From the NCBI RefSeq assembly GCF_001194135.2, contig NC_068983.1:143394227-143458226 (forward strand): a stretch of 64,000 bases of DNA, given 5' to 3'. Source of the stretch: Octopus bimaculoides (taxonomy: Eukaryota). The notes beneath the pieces are model-generated. The model ran no database searches and was not told the origin of the DNA. It saw only the letters and a list, made by a program, of their open reading frames with translations. A program made the position numbers and the translations under genes. Shown piece after piece: positions 27,376-39,283 of this stretch (within the stretch, counting starts at the first letter, position 1; every line of letters starts with the position of its first letter).

Positions 27376-28219
27376 TCTACTGGATAAGAACCGACTGACC
27401 TGGGATTCAAACCACCGTCATTTAATCCAATTATGGAGCAAACAAAAACATGTTTGATCTGCTAGAAATAGCAGAAATTCTTAAATGTAATAAATATTTC
27501 AAATTGTGGCACAAGGCCAGCAATTTTATGGGAGGGCTATAGTCAATTACAATGACCCCAGTACTTGATTAATACTTTATTTTACTGATATCAAAAGGAT
27601 GAAAGGCAAAGTTGATATTGGCAGAATTTGAACTAAGAATGTTAAGATCCAGAATAAATGCCACTAAGCATTTTGTCCAGAGCAGTAATGAATCTGCCAG
27701 CTTGTCACTTTATTCTTAAATCTAATAAATGCCATGTTGAAAATAAGAAAGGCACACTGGATAATACAGTCCCAGATAAACTATATCTGGAAAAATAAAA
27801 GAAAAGGACAAGACACTCATAGGTAAAACATAGGTCTGCTGCATTGGAACTGACCTGGGGATAGTCAATAATATCCTATCATGCAATAAGAGTTTGATGT
27901 GTTATTGATTATAACCAACTTATGTTTCATATTTAGAAGCAGCACATTATATTAGTAATAAAGTGTAGCATTATTCTGATGAAAATATATTTTTTTTAAA
28001 TCTCTTTGAAAAACGTGAATGTTAAAGAGAACACCAAGAAAATACCACATACATTTTCACTCGTGTTTATTAGTATTTATTGATTATCTCAATATGGTTA
28101 ATGTAAATGGAGTCTAGCAATAATGAGGGCAAGCTTACAATATTACAGATGTGTGTGTATGCATATATTTGCAAGTATATATGTATACGCTTGTTTTAGC
28201 CATTGAAATACAGCTTTGC

Positions 28220-28410
28220 TGGGGCACCACTTGGCATGTGTGTGTGTGTGTGTGTTTGGTAGATTTCTGCTTACCAAATCCACTCACAAGCATTTGGTTA
28301 GTCTACGGCTATAGTATATGGCAGCTTAGACAAGTGACTTCAGCTATAGCCCCAGGCCAACCAAAGCCTGTGAATGGATTTGGTAGACAAAAACTGAAAA
28401 AGTCCCAGTG
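28220..28410 (-). mobile_element. SINE-like family B copy, inverted
   Basis: taccaaatccactcacaagc..ctatagta..caagtg is the reverse complement of the family B core. Confidence 0.6.
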
Positions 28411-28744
28411 TATACATATATGTATATACATGCACCCTAGTCTTGAATTTTGTGATGCTTGTAAATGATTACAAAATTGTTAATCAAATTATAAAAGTGT
28501 TTGTTTTAGGCGCAGGAGGGGTTGTGTGGTAAGTAGCTTGCTTACCAACCACAGGATTCCGGGTTCATTCCCACTGCCGGTCATAAAGCTAGTTTTGTGT
28601 GTGTGTGTGTGTTTAGATTTATGCTGAAAAAAGTCTTTAGGAGTGATGTATCAACAACAGTGGAGGGAACCACTTTGAAAGAGACAAATCAGTTTGACTG
28701 AATTTCAATCTTTTAGACAGTTCATACACACAAGATATACAAAG

Positions 28745-29290
28745 CTGTTGTGGTGACTATACTAGTTTATGGTTGTGGAAGCTGGACAGTTTACAAAAGA
28801 AATACCAAAAAACTTAATCACTTTCATCTAACATGTTTGCAAAAAATTCTTAACATCAGGTGGCAGGTTAGAATTTCCAATACAACTGCACTCAAGAGAG
28901 CTAATACGTTAAGCATGTATGCTTTCCTGAGCAAATTCTTGCTGTGGTGGAGTGGACATGTAGTGTGCATGCTCAATTCCTAACTCCCCAAACAGATCTT
29001 TGGTGAACTAGCAGTTGATGAACCAAAGAAGAGATACAAAGACATGCTCAAGATCACTCACTGTGGGGTAGTATTGTGTAGTCTGGAGTACAGCACTCTG
29101 AATCTGATATGACCAGAGAAGCTCAAGAGAGGAGAGCTTCAGGAAAAGTAAGAGTCCCACTGGGTCCTGACACAGATATTAAGTGCTCCTATTGTAACCA
29201 CAAATTTCATGTCAAAATTGGCCTAATAAACTATCTCAGGACCCACAAAATACAAAGCTGATAACCTAGTCATCTTCAAATACATAAAAG
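28745..29290 (+). mobile_element. RTE/BovB-like LINE 3' fragment
   Basis: ILVYGCGSWTVY..KLNHFHLTCLQKILNIRWQVRISNTTALKRA..LLWWSGHVVCM; ends with HKFHVKIGLINYLRTH. Confidence 0.8.
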
Positions 29291-29681
29291 ATGAACTAAA
29301 TAATGCATGCACACACACACCAAATCACATTGTCAATATATTTACAGTCAGCATACAGAAATATAATCTTTAAAACTGAATTGTTTAGAAGCAATTGACT
29401 GAAGTCAGTAATTAACAAATATAGCTACATAACAGTAGTTGCTTAAGCGCACTATTTCAATAAAACTAGAGTAAAACAAACATTCAGAAACAGCCACTCA
29501 AATGATGGGTAAAAACTCATTCACCAAAACACTACAACCACTGGCTCACATATACAATGTTTTTCTGTTTCTTATTTGACTTCTACAACAAAACTGTCTA
29601 TCTTTCTAAACCTGTTACATACCTTGCCACTCAAGTCCATTTAGTACATCTATTTTTCTTCATTTCATCACTCCTATAGAG

Positions 29682-29935
29682 CAGTTGCTCTCAACCAGGG
29701 TTCATATGGCCCTTGAGGTTCCATATAAGATTTTGTTAAAATTCATCTACAATATATTAGTTATACTTCTACAATACACAAAATATTTTAATTCATTTTT
29801 TTTTTTTACACAATTCCTTATACGATTTAATCATAAAAATATATGATTTGTTGAACATTAAATGGCTATGAGGGACTGCCTGAGCAAAATAGGAATCAAA
29901 GGGGTTTATAAGTAAAACATAGTTGAGAAACGCTG
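29682..29935. mobile_element. hAT-type MITE
   Basis: Termini cagttgctctcaacc / agttgagaaacgctg; 8-bp flanks ctatagag / ctatagaa consistent with a hAT target-site duplication. Confidence 0.7.
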
Positions 29936-30256
29936 CTATAGAATTATTCCCCAGATCCTCCACTAAACACTTCATTAATCCTTTCTCTCTACAGTACAAC
30001 CACTTTCTCTTTATAACTATCTACCACTACAATCAGCTCAACCCTGTTGCTTGTATGTAACTTTAACAGAGTTCAATCTGTTGCATTTAAGTTAGAACTA
30101 GGTCTTTGGCCTAAGGGTTACACCTATCAACCAGTCATGAATGCTTCCCTTTTTTTCTGTGACTAAGCCATAGAAGTATTTCTTTCCTATCCATATTTTA
30201 TCTATAGACATTGACCTAGAAGTGTTCCAAACAGAGATCAACTGTATTAATCTCAC

Positions 30257-30269
30257 TCGTCTGGGAATT
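30257..30269 (-). CDS. Candidate 13-nt microexon
   Basis: atgtttgtcttttccAG|AATTCCCAGACGA|GTGAGA; strong acceptor and donor; reads NSQT(phase 1) after the 28-nt exon. Confidence 0.35.
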
Positions 30270-30490
30270 CTGGAAAAGACAAACATTGCTTTGCTTCCTC
30301 TGACAAACAAATAATAAAAATAAACAAACTTTCTAAATCAGCACTAATTACAAAATCGACCATAGTAAATTCTTGGGTAAGCTTCAATAACATTAACGGT
30401 GATAAAATAAGTAGTTGAATTGAAAAAATCATGCTACTGTGTTTCAAGGACTAAATATGTAACCTATCCTCCCTATGATACCCAACTCAC

Positions 30491-30518
30491 CCCTCTCTCT
30501 GCTGCTCTATCTCTGGAT
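30491..30518 (-). CDS. Candidate 28-nt exon ((R)SRDRAAERG)
   Basis: gtctctttgaactttcctAG|ATCCAGAGATAGAGCAGCAGAGAGAGGG|GTGAGT; consensus splice sites and purine-rich exon body. Confidence 0.45.
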
Positions 30519-31435
30519 CTAGGAAAGTTCAAAGAGACTATAGGCACTGCCCTTAATTTTTAAAGGGAAAGCAAACTAAACCAGCCTACTGAATTCGATT
30601 CTTTAACGCAAATTATTTTTATAGCACAATTTTATATCAGATTCAGAAAACGAAAACATGTTTTAACAATCACCCAAAGGACTATGAAAAATATTGGTTT
30701 TCTAACTTAGCATTTCCATCAACCTTTTATACATTTAGAAATAGCAGAATTTTAATTTAAAAAATATAAAAAGAACTTTTTTTTTTTTTTTTTTTTTNNN
30801 NNNNNNNAGCATTGCTTTTTCTATGCTCAAGACACTTAGCTCATAACAGTTCAAGAATGATATAGATTTGTTTTATCAGAGCAAACTAGGTGCTAAATAT
30901 ACCATTCTATGATCAAAGGTGTCCCAACTGTGTCAGTCCCATCTTTTATTCCGAGAACAGTGACCCCCAGATTGCATTATCCAGTGTCTTCTTTCTAAGT
31001 AGTAGGGAGGGCAAGAGGGAGATTTGAGTGCTATTTCTAGCTGGTAGAGGCTCCTATCATGTAGCATAATAATTATTAGCTATTGCTAAAAATAGATGTA
31101 TCTGGTATTTTATGTTGCAAATGTGAAATACAGTTCTCAAATTAATTAACAAGATACTGCTATACTATTTTAACAGATTACCATGATCATCACAGTTCTG
31201 TTACAGAAGACTGGGTCTTTATGTTTGGTGTCTCCCATGTTGGGAATAGCTTATTGATTTCACTATTAATAAGACTCTGAAGAGTAAATGCAAAGTTTGG
31301 AACAATGTTATTCTTTTTACCAAACTAAGATGTTACAAATGAGAGAAACTATGTAATTAAGAATCTTTGCCATTTTTACTCTCTCTCTTCTTCAAACTGG
31401 ACTTGACAATCCAAATTTTGGACATAATACAATAC

Positions 31436-31490
31436 CTACAGCAGGATATGAACTTAAAGAAATCCATGGCTCCAGCATATTAATTAGCTC
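31436..31490 (-). CDS. Candidate 55-nt exon containing a Kozak-context start (gccATGG at 31467; MDFFKFISCC, phase 2)
   Basis: actttcttatAG|GAGCTAATT...GCTGTAG|GTATTG; joins in frame to 30491-30518. The alternative frame ELINMLEPWISLSSYPAV is also open. Confidence 0.4.
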
Positions 31491-31914
31491 CTATAAGAAA
31501 GTATTGTAATTAGATATCAAGGACTAGATCTATTTTTAAGTTTATGTTTCAAATTTAACCAGAATAAAAACTATCCAAATTTTCAGTCTTGTAATCTAAA
31601 TCAAGTGAGCTAAACACTAAGGTTCAATCGATCCTTTCTGCTATTCTACCTTGGCAATATTATCTGTTTGTATAAACCTATTTTGCAGAAGGTTTGTAAA
31701 GAGAGCAAATGATAATATTTAAACTTGTGAACTCTGAATGAATAAACTTTGGTCAGAATTATCCAATCTTATTTTCCAAGCACAGTATTTCAGACCAAAT
31801 TAATCGCTGTGCCCCTTCTTATTCAAGCTGGTGGGTTATGATTTCAGAGTTGTGGCTACTATATCTAGCAAATTGAACAAACATGCTCAGGCTCCTTTTC
31901 ATTATTATTATTAC

Positions 31915-32568
31915 TAAGGATACCCGTCAGAGTGTAAGTATCTTGAGAGAAAAGTTGAACATTAGAAGCATCAGTTGTGGTGTGCAAGAGAGACGATTGC
32001 GCTGGTATGGACATGTGGTGAGAATGGATGAGGATAGCTGCGTGAAAAAGTGCCACACCCTAACAGTTGAGGGAACCTGTGGAAGAGGTAGGCCCAGGAA
32101 GACCTAGGCTGAGGTGGTGAGGCAAGACCTTCGTACATTGGGCCTCACCGAGGNNNNNNNNNNNNNNNNNNNNNNNNNNNNNNNNNNNNNNNNNNNNNNN
32201 NNNNNNNNNNNNNNNNNNNNNNNNNNNNNNNNNNNNNNNNNNNNNNNNNNNNNNNNNNNNNNNNNNNNNNNNNNNNNNNNNNNNNNNNNNNNNNNNNNNN
32301 NNNNNNNNNNNNNNNNNNNNNNNNNNNNNNNNNNNNNNNNNNNNNNNNNNNNNNNNNNNNNNNNNNNCCGTTTTCGTGCGGGTGACACGTAAAAGCACCC
32401 ACTACACTCTCTGAGTGGTTGGCGTTAGGAAGGGCATCCAGCTGTAGAAACTCTGCCAAATTAGATTGGAGCCTGGTGTTGCCATCCGGTTTCACCAGTC
32501 CTCAGTCAAATCGTCCAACCCATGCTAGCATGGAAGGCGGACGTTAAACGATGATGATGATGATGATG
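31915..32568 (+). mobile_element. Young 5'-truncated RTE LINE spanning a gap
   Basis: RQSVSILREKLNIRSISCGVQERRLRWYGHVVRMDEDSCVKKCHTLTVEGTCGRGRPRKT, then 3'UTR with intact CpGs and a (GAT)n tail. Confidence 0.9.
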
Positions 32569-32872
32569 AGGCAAGCTGGTAGAATGCTGTGGTATTTCCT
32601 CTGTCACTATGTTCAGAGTTCAAATTCCATCGAGGTTGACTTTGCCTTTAGGTTTGATAAATTAAGTACCAGTGAAACACTGGGGTCGATGTAATCAACT
32701 AGTCTCCTCCCCACAATTTCAAGCCTTGTGCCTATAGTAGAGAGGATTATTATAATTATTATCATAAATCAGTTTATTTTTCACTGTCAGTCATGTTGTA
32801 GGATTGATCTGAGTGTCAGCATCCAACTCCTAGAAATTTCTGGCTTTATGCTACTGTTGTCAGGAACATATA

Positions 32873-33990
32873 CAGGATGTGATGAATAAATTGTCTAAAT
32901 TATGCAAAAATGAAAATAGCACTGACATCTCATTTTAACAGATATATTTACCAATTTATCTAGAAATATCTTGAAAAACTAAAGAGTAAATTTATTCAAT
33001 AAAATTGCTATTGGCTTCAACTATGGCCTCCAGACGATTTTGGAATATGCTGCAACTCTTCTGGACCGCCCCATTGTTTAAGTTGGTGAATGCTGCCATA
33101 ATCCTTGCTTTTAGCTCATCTTTGGTGTTACAAGGAGTTTTGTTGGTATCTTGCTCAACTTCTCCCCACACATAGTAATCAAGGGGATTGCAGTATGGGG
33201 AGTTAAGTGGCCAGATGTTGGGGGTGATGTAGTTGCAGAGATTGTCTTACAGCCATGACTGGGCTCTCCTGCTTGTGTCACATGATGCAGAGTCCTGTTG
33301 GCCAGACATATGGTCTTCCAACACCTACCCTCTTTACCTGGGGCAGCACTACCTCCTCCAGACACTTGATGTAGGCAGTTGTGTGGGAAGATGAATAGAG
33401 GCATAATGTCACCATCACCAGTGATCATGCCAAACACCATGATATTGACTGGATGTTTGATTTGTATCACTCTCGGTACATGTTTTGGGAACATGGCAAG
33501 CCAATGGAGGTTGTGTGTTCACCATCTGATCCTGGCAGAAATTTTTCTCATCTGAGAAAAACCAAAGCATGTTCAGTTGGAGGGGTTGCTTGCATTTGTT
33601 CAAAAGCTTCATAGTGCAGTCTTTCCTCTTGTCCTTGATGGCTTGGGATAAAAATTGGTTCTTTCTCATCTTGTATGAGGAATACCAAATGTTTTCATGC
33701 ACAACCTACCTGATAAGAAATTCAAACACCCCCATGTTCCTGGCGATGGACCTGAATGATCCGGAGAGATCACTGTCAATCAGGGCCTGGATCTCAACAA
33801 CAAATCCACAAGTTCTTTTCTTATCAGAACGATCAGAATGAGTTTTCCGAGCTGCCGTACTTTCGTAATCACTATTAGACTCCTTCAACTCTTTCCGAAT
33901 CCTCTGCACTTTCCTTAGGTTGACACTCAAAACCAATGCGCATGTACGAAATTAAAAATATAAAATGGCAACAATTTACCATCACACCCC
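32873..33990 (-). mobile_element. Tc1/mariner transposon remnant, DD37D (maT/Bmmar-type)
   Basis: Frameshifted transposase: IQALID..RSIAR (HTH), WFFSDEKNF, HPVNIMVFG, QQDSA, WPLNSPYCNPLDYYVWG; 37 positions (one a stop) between the second and third D. TA at 32871-72; imperfect TIRs caggatgtgatgaataaattgt / acaatttaccatcacacccc. Confidence 0.85.
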
Positions 33991-34839
33991 CTCCCTCTGT
34001 GTGTGTGTGTGTGCGCGTGCGTGTTTTAATAATTTCAAGAAGAAAAACACTGTGGTCTTTTCAGGGCCTCGCAGTCTGGTTGAGAAAAGTTATCAGAGAT
34101 TAGTCTGAATACTGACAACAGAGTAAACTCTACTAAAAGGTATCTAAAGGTCAGGTCATGGTGTTAACTCCTCCAGCCCTAGTTACTACTACTGCTACCA
34201 TCACCACTACTATTATTTGGGTTGTTTAATTCCAAGTCAGCCTTTATTTCAGACGTATGACCAACAGCATTTGAGCCATAACCACTTCCAACACACACTA
34301 CAAATACCTTGAAACTACATTATCCAGTGTCTTTTTATTCAGAAAAGAAGGAATTGAGGGAGATTTGGGTGCTACTTCTGACATGCCTTGGTGTGTTTCT
34401 TATTAATGTTACTGCACTGAAAGATTTACACAAATAAAATCCATCAGGGTTTAGGTTTTACTTTTGTTTAAAAAATATAACCAGCTACTTAACTAAAGCA
34501 AAACTTTAAAACAAAATAACAAATCTCCACACATAATCAATGAAAGGTAGAGAAGTGGGGAGTTCTGAAACAGTAATCAATGAGAGCAGTAGTATGAAAT
34601 AAAAAAAATAATAAATAACAGCAGAATGGACCCTAAAGAATATTTCTAATGCCAAGGGACAGGATCATGAAATAATCATTAACTGAAAAATTTATATCGA
34701 AAATGTTTTTAAAAAGGCAGCTGTTGTTTCCACTCAAGAACAATTTAGATGTCCTCATTCCAATGCTATGAAAGGAACGTATTCCTGTAATGTTAAGCAC
34801 GATAATTGCTAGTTGATCCACTAGAACTAGAGTGCATAC

Positions 34840-34889
34840 AACGTTGATAGTTGATTTGAATAAGCAGTGGGTAAGGGAAGGGATTTATT
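34840..34889 (-). other. Candidate 50-nt 5'UTR exon
   Basis: cttctttccaaacctcAG|...caacgtt|GTATGC, between the promoter-like block and the ATG-bearing exon. Confidence 0.2.
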
Positions 34890-35296
34890 CTGAGGTTTGG
34901 AAAGAAGCTTTTTTTTTTTTAGTAATTTCATTCCACTTCCTTCCTATCACCACCATGTTTCCAATGATTTTCAGGGATCCATGAGAGGGAGGAAGTGGTG
35001 TATGCGTATGGAGTGACTGAGTGTGTGAGTATGTGTATTTTGTGTTTGTAAGGGGTTCAAGTAGTTTAATTAGATTGAAATTCAATCAATTTATTTCTGC
35101 TAAAGTGCAAAAGAAATATGGCAGAATAATGTGAAGGGAATCAAGCATGTGTGCCAAGTACACAACATCTGGAAAATTCTGTTTTCACAGAATTTATTTT
35201 TTGTTTACAAAGAAGCCAACAAGGTTGAATAAGTCCAGGAACAGGTTATCTTTTTGTTTTTAACCTGTAGAGAACGACCGTGCAAAGCAAAGGAGA

Positions 35297-36242
35297 TGGT
35301 GACGAATGGAAACAGGCTCTTTTTAACGCGTCGCAAGGTTGACACAAAACATGTAATGTAACATAAGAGGGCTTGCATGTGAGATGCGAGGAAGTGCCAG
35401 CAAAGGAAAGAGAGTGACACAATCGTTAGATATATATAAAGAGTAAGTTTATTAGGGTAGTCAACTGTGTGTGTGTGCGTGCGTGCATGCGGCAATATAA
35501 AATAATAACACAATATATGACAGGCCGTCGTATGAATAAGAGTGTGTATACAATAATGTGTGTGTATGTGAATGAGAATCTGTAACATAGACGATAAATG
35601 TCCTGAACAAAGATAAGAAAGTACCAGTTCATAGAAGAGTTACATAGTAGGTAGAATGTCTGTACACAAGAGGTCGTGGCTTCTAGGCAGAGCTGAAGTG
35701 TCACATGTCGTGAGTGAAGTTGAGGCTTCTATGCCGAGCCGGTTACTTGAATACAGAAGATTCTCGCAGGTTGTTCTGGCTGTTATTTCTGTGGGGGAAA
35801 CAATCCACACAATGTTGAGAAGGAACCACGGTTGTTGTTGGTAGTGTGTACGCTAGTGGCATCATGTTGGCGCTGGCGATGGGACTGTAGTAGACAGTAG
35901 GACGGTGGTGTTGACGTCATCGCTGGAAACTGGCTGTTGGTGTGTGGTCAAACGACCAGACCTCAAAGAGGTCCAAAGCCAAGACAAACTGGCATAGATA
36001 AAGCAAGACTATTCATAGGTAAAAAGGGGCTCCAGAAACAGCAGGAAAACACTCTCACGTGACCTTATCAGAAGGCCACGATTGGTTGATGTTCACCNNN
36101 NNNNNNNTTATCAGAAGGCCACGATTGGTTGATGTTCACCCTGGCGCGAAACAGAACTGGAGACAAATGCCGCGCAAATAAGAGCCAATCAGGGTGATGG
36201 ACACAGCATGGTCCAAGCAGGCCGAAGGCTAGATGTCACCCA
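35297..36242 (-). mobile_element. Possible solo LTR (alternatively a host promoter and first exon)
   Basis: Terminal inverted TGGTGAC / GTCACCCA (TG...CA); on the minus strand CCAAT and E-box come first and AATAAA (35448-35453) lies ~150 bp before the end; CpG-rich. No target-site duplication found. Confidence 0.35.
36050..36195 (-). promoter_or_regulatory. E-box (TCACGTGA) and CCAAT cluster
   Basis: TCACGTGA 36055-36062 (GTCACGTGAG on minus), ATTGG 36081-36085, CCAAT 36185-36189; located at the CpG transition. Confidence 0.5.
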
Positions 36243-39200
36243 CTATGTTCGCATTTGTGAATAAATACCCGAGAGAGAGGTTTCACTACAAACTTTTTAA
36301 TACTGTCAAAGGTATTGCACTTAATTTTGTTATTGGTGTTCTTGCTCCAGCAAGCCCTGATCAAACCAGTTATTGCTGTTCTGCAATTTTGTATATCAGG
36401 GGCTTTTGTATATAGAAAAAGTGTCCTACAATGATTTAAAGGAGGTCAGTTGCTTTTTCTAGGAGTCGAATGAAATGCATGGAGGATGAATTCATCATTG
36501 CACATTATTTTACCTGTTATTGGTCATCGTGATCAAATAGCCCATTTATCAAAAACATTCCAGATGGACTTTTCTTTTTCTAAGACCAATGAAACCTTGG
36601 ACTACATGATAGCCAATATGTCCTCCTTTGGGAGATATAATCCAAATGTATTCCCAACAAGCCGAGTAGCTGTGTAAGGTTCTCTCCTTGGTTCATATTT
36701 CTATACATGGCACAATCAGTAGATTTAAAATATCTTATTGATACTTATTTACATTCTTAAATTCAAATTACGACAAACGTAAATAAACAAACGAAGTTTG
36801 CTTTTAGAAGCGTTGAGATGTCTTAGAAAGTTAAAGAAGTGATTTTAAATTCTCAATCGCAGAATAATGCTAATAATATAGCCTGAACAGGATAAAGTAC
36901 CCCTATTTTGCAGAGAGAAGTGTAGGTGGCTAGCTGTGGACTCGAACTCACATCCCCGTGATTATGCGAGTTCAAATCCTACCAGAGTTGACTTTACTTT
37001 TTCCTCCTTTCTTCCAAAAATTAATTATTAGCATTCAAATGGAAGAAAAGGGAGTCACTCTAATCGTCTATAAAGTCAAGTTACTTAATGCTTGTGAACA
37101 CAATGAACATTATGTCATTCTCTGCACTATTGACATTGTTAAACTTAAAAGGTAGTATGCTGCAGGCAACGTTGATTTTTTTTTTTTTTTTTTAAGGTAT
37201 GGATTTCTGAGTGAAGAGAGGTACCTGAGCCCACAGGGCTTCTCTGGCTAGTGGGAAAGAAAAGTTATCCTTAGACTACAGACCTAGTCCAAACATAGAC
37301 ACTACAAAACTGAAGACCCAGTTTTTGACAATTGGGTTTTCAGTTTACTGGGAGCTTTTGGGTTGTCTTTTTTTTGTTCTTTTGACAACAAATTTATTAA
37401 TTTCCTTCAAAAGATCGCTAAAGACAAAAGAAAAGCCCATACATCGGCAAATAATAAAGCTATCAAACACACATATTTTCACACCCACGTCAACACATGC
37501 ACCATCTGAAAATAATACAAGCGAAGTTTTCAACGTTTAATTATTTTTGTCCTACAAGAACACCACCATTGTTTGAATATATGAACACGGTGACTAACTA
37601 TAGAAACGACGGTTAGTATAGAGATCAGGGTTGTTTATGGTTTTAGGAGAAAGAATGAAAACAACACAAGAAAAAACATCTTAAATGAAAAGTCAGCTAA
37701 ATGAAATAAGTTCAAGACAAAATATGAAAAGATAATTAGTAACAACTAGTGTGAATGGCAAGCATTCTGTGTACCATTTTATTTTAACCTGTGTCAATTT
37801 TCATTAGTCATACGTAAATTATTTTCTGTCTGTTGCACAAAACAGGAAGTTATAGTTGTGACTGTTTCACCTCAGGTCAACTTTTATCGACAAGCCTACG
37901 ATAAAAGGTGTTCCCGTCTTGACCAACATTCCTCTCTACGCCCAAATAAACTATATCTAAGACTACATTATTCAATTTGATCTTGCGTTTTTTTTTGTTT
38001 TTTTTTTTAAGAGTGCAAACAGATTTCAGGACTACTTGGTTGATATTTCTCACAGGTCGAACGAACACTTCTATTCACTATTAGTAGTCACAGGTGCAGA
38101 TATGATGGTACATTGTATAGGTAGTTTATTATATGTATTTTATATGAAGTAGTAAATATCTGTCACAGGTAGCCGAGCCTACCAACTAAAGGCTCCATGA
38201 TTCAGTTACTGATCGTTACTGTACAAATATGAATTGATATGTTAGCTGAGCTCATATTCTTCAGGAAGAAGAACTGGCGCCAGCTGGTTAATTTATCCTG
38301 AGATACTCTCCGCGAAGAGGTCTTTAGTGGACACTCAACTCTATAGTGCGTCTCTAAACAAAGATGACTAATACTGTGGATCCGTGTTAAGAGGAAATAA
38401 ATTCTCTATCGAATTCCTTTGTTGATGACTCCATCTGAGTTGCGAGGTGTAGGCTTACTAACACAGATGTTTTCTGGTTGCCAGTAGTAGTACGTATCAT
38501 ATATAGGAGAATATAGGCGAAATGACTAAGTGAATACAGTATTAGATTACTATTTCTAATTTGAACCAGCATGGAAGCCACGGGATCAATAGATGGAGAA
38601 TCTCTTGGCACATTCAAATTTGAAAACGTTGGTGAAATCCGCATAATTAAAACGGTTTAACTCTTAGGATCAAAACAATTAAATATAAGCTGCAATAACT
38701 ATGTGTAAAATTGAGGAGTGTTTCTCAGCACATATGTCTTGCAAATTGCTCCGAGTAATAAAAGGCTTCCTCACACCTGCTCTATGTGGCAATCGATCTG
38801 CTCGAAATAGCAGCCGAATCGCTCTCAAATCCCGCCGCACTGTCCTAAATAAAGGACACGTAAGCAATTGTGCAAAGCAATACATCCCAGTTCACTGGAC
38901 TGTCGAGAAATGATACCAGATCATCTAAGAATGTTATGTATGGTAAACTTAATACCATAATATTAAATTATAGAAGCAGCAATTAATAAACCTCCTCCAT
39001 CAGGGCTTGAAGGAGGGAGACATGAAAGGAACAAATGAATTCAAATAGACAAAAAGCATAGAAATTATTTTATATATCGTCTTCAATATAAAAAGAAGTA
39101 CTGCACTAGGATAGAAAATTCAGTAGAGTACACTATTTAGTCCTAATGCCGGCTCAAATTTTACCCGAGCTGATTTTGTCTAGTTTTGGGAGTTGATAAA

Positions 39201-39283
39201 ATTTAGTGTCCGAAAATCAGCTCGATGATTAATATCTTGGTTTTGTGTATTTATTACCATGAACCAACAAAGAGCTCCTAAGC

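Noticed and set aside
29623-29673. Minus-strand exon with a strong AAG|GTATGT donor
   Set aside because: All three frames contain stops from the ctatAG acceptor, which is part of a MITE target-site duplication; the nearer AG lacks a pyrimidine tract.
36074-36090. ccacgattgg as an ER-stress element
   Set aside because: Order and spacing match neither CCAAT-N9-CCACG nor ATTGG-N-CCACG.
36065-36140. 33-bp exact duplication (ttatcagaaggccacgattggttgatgttcacc) containing a CCAAT box
   Set aside because: The copies sit on either side of a 10-N gap; most likely unmerged contig overlap, not a real tandem enhancer.
38200-38950. Higher-complexity stretch with 60-85 aa ORFs on both strands
   Set aside because: No recognisable domain motif; probably decayed transposon, not assignable.
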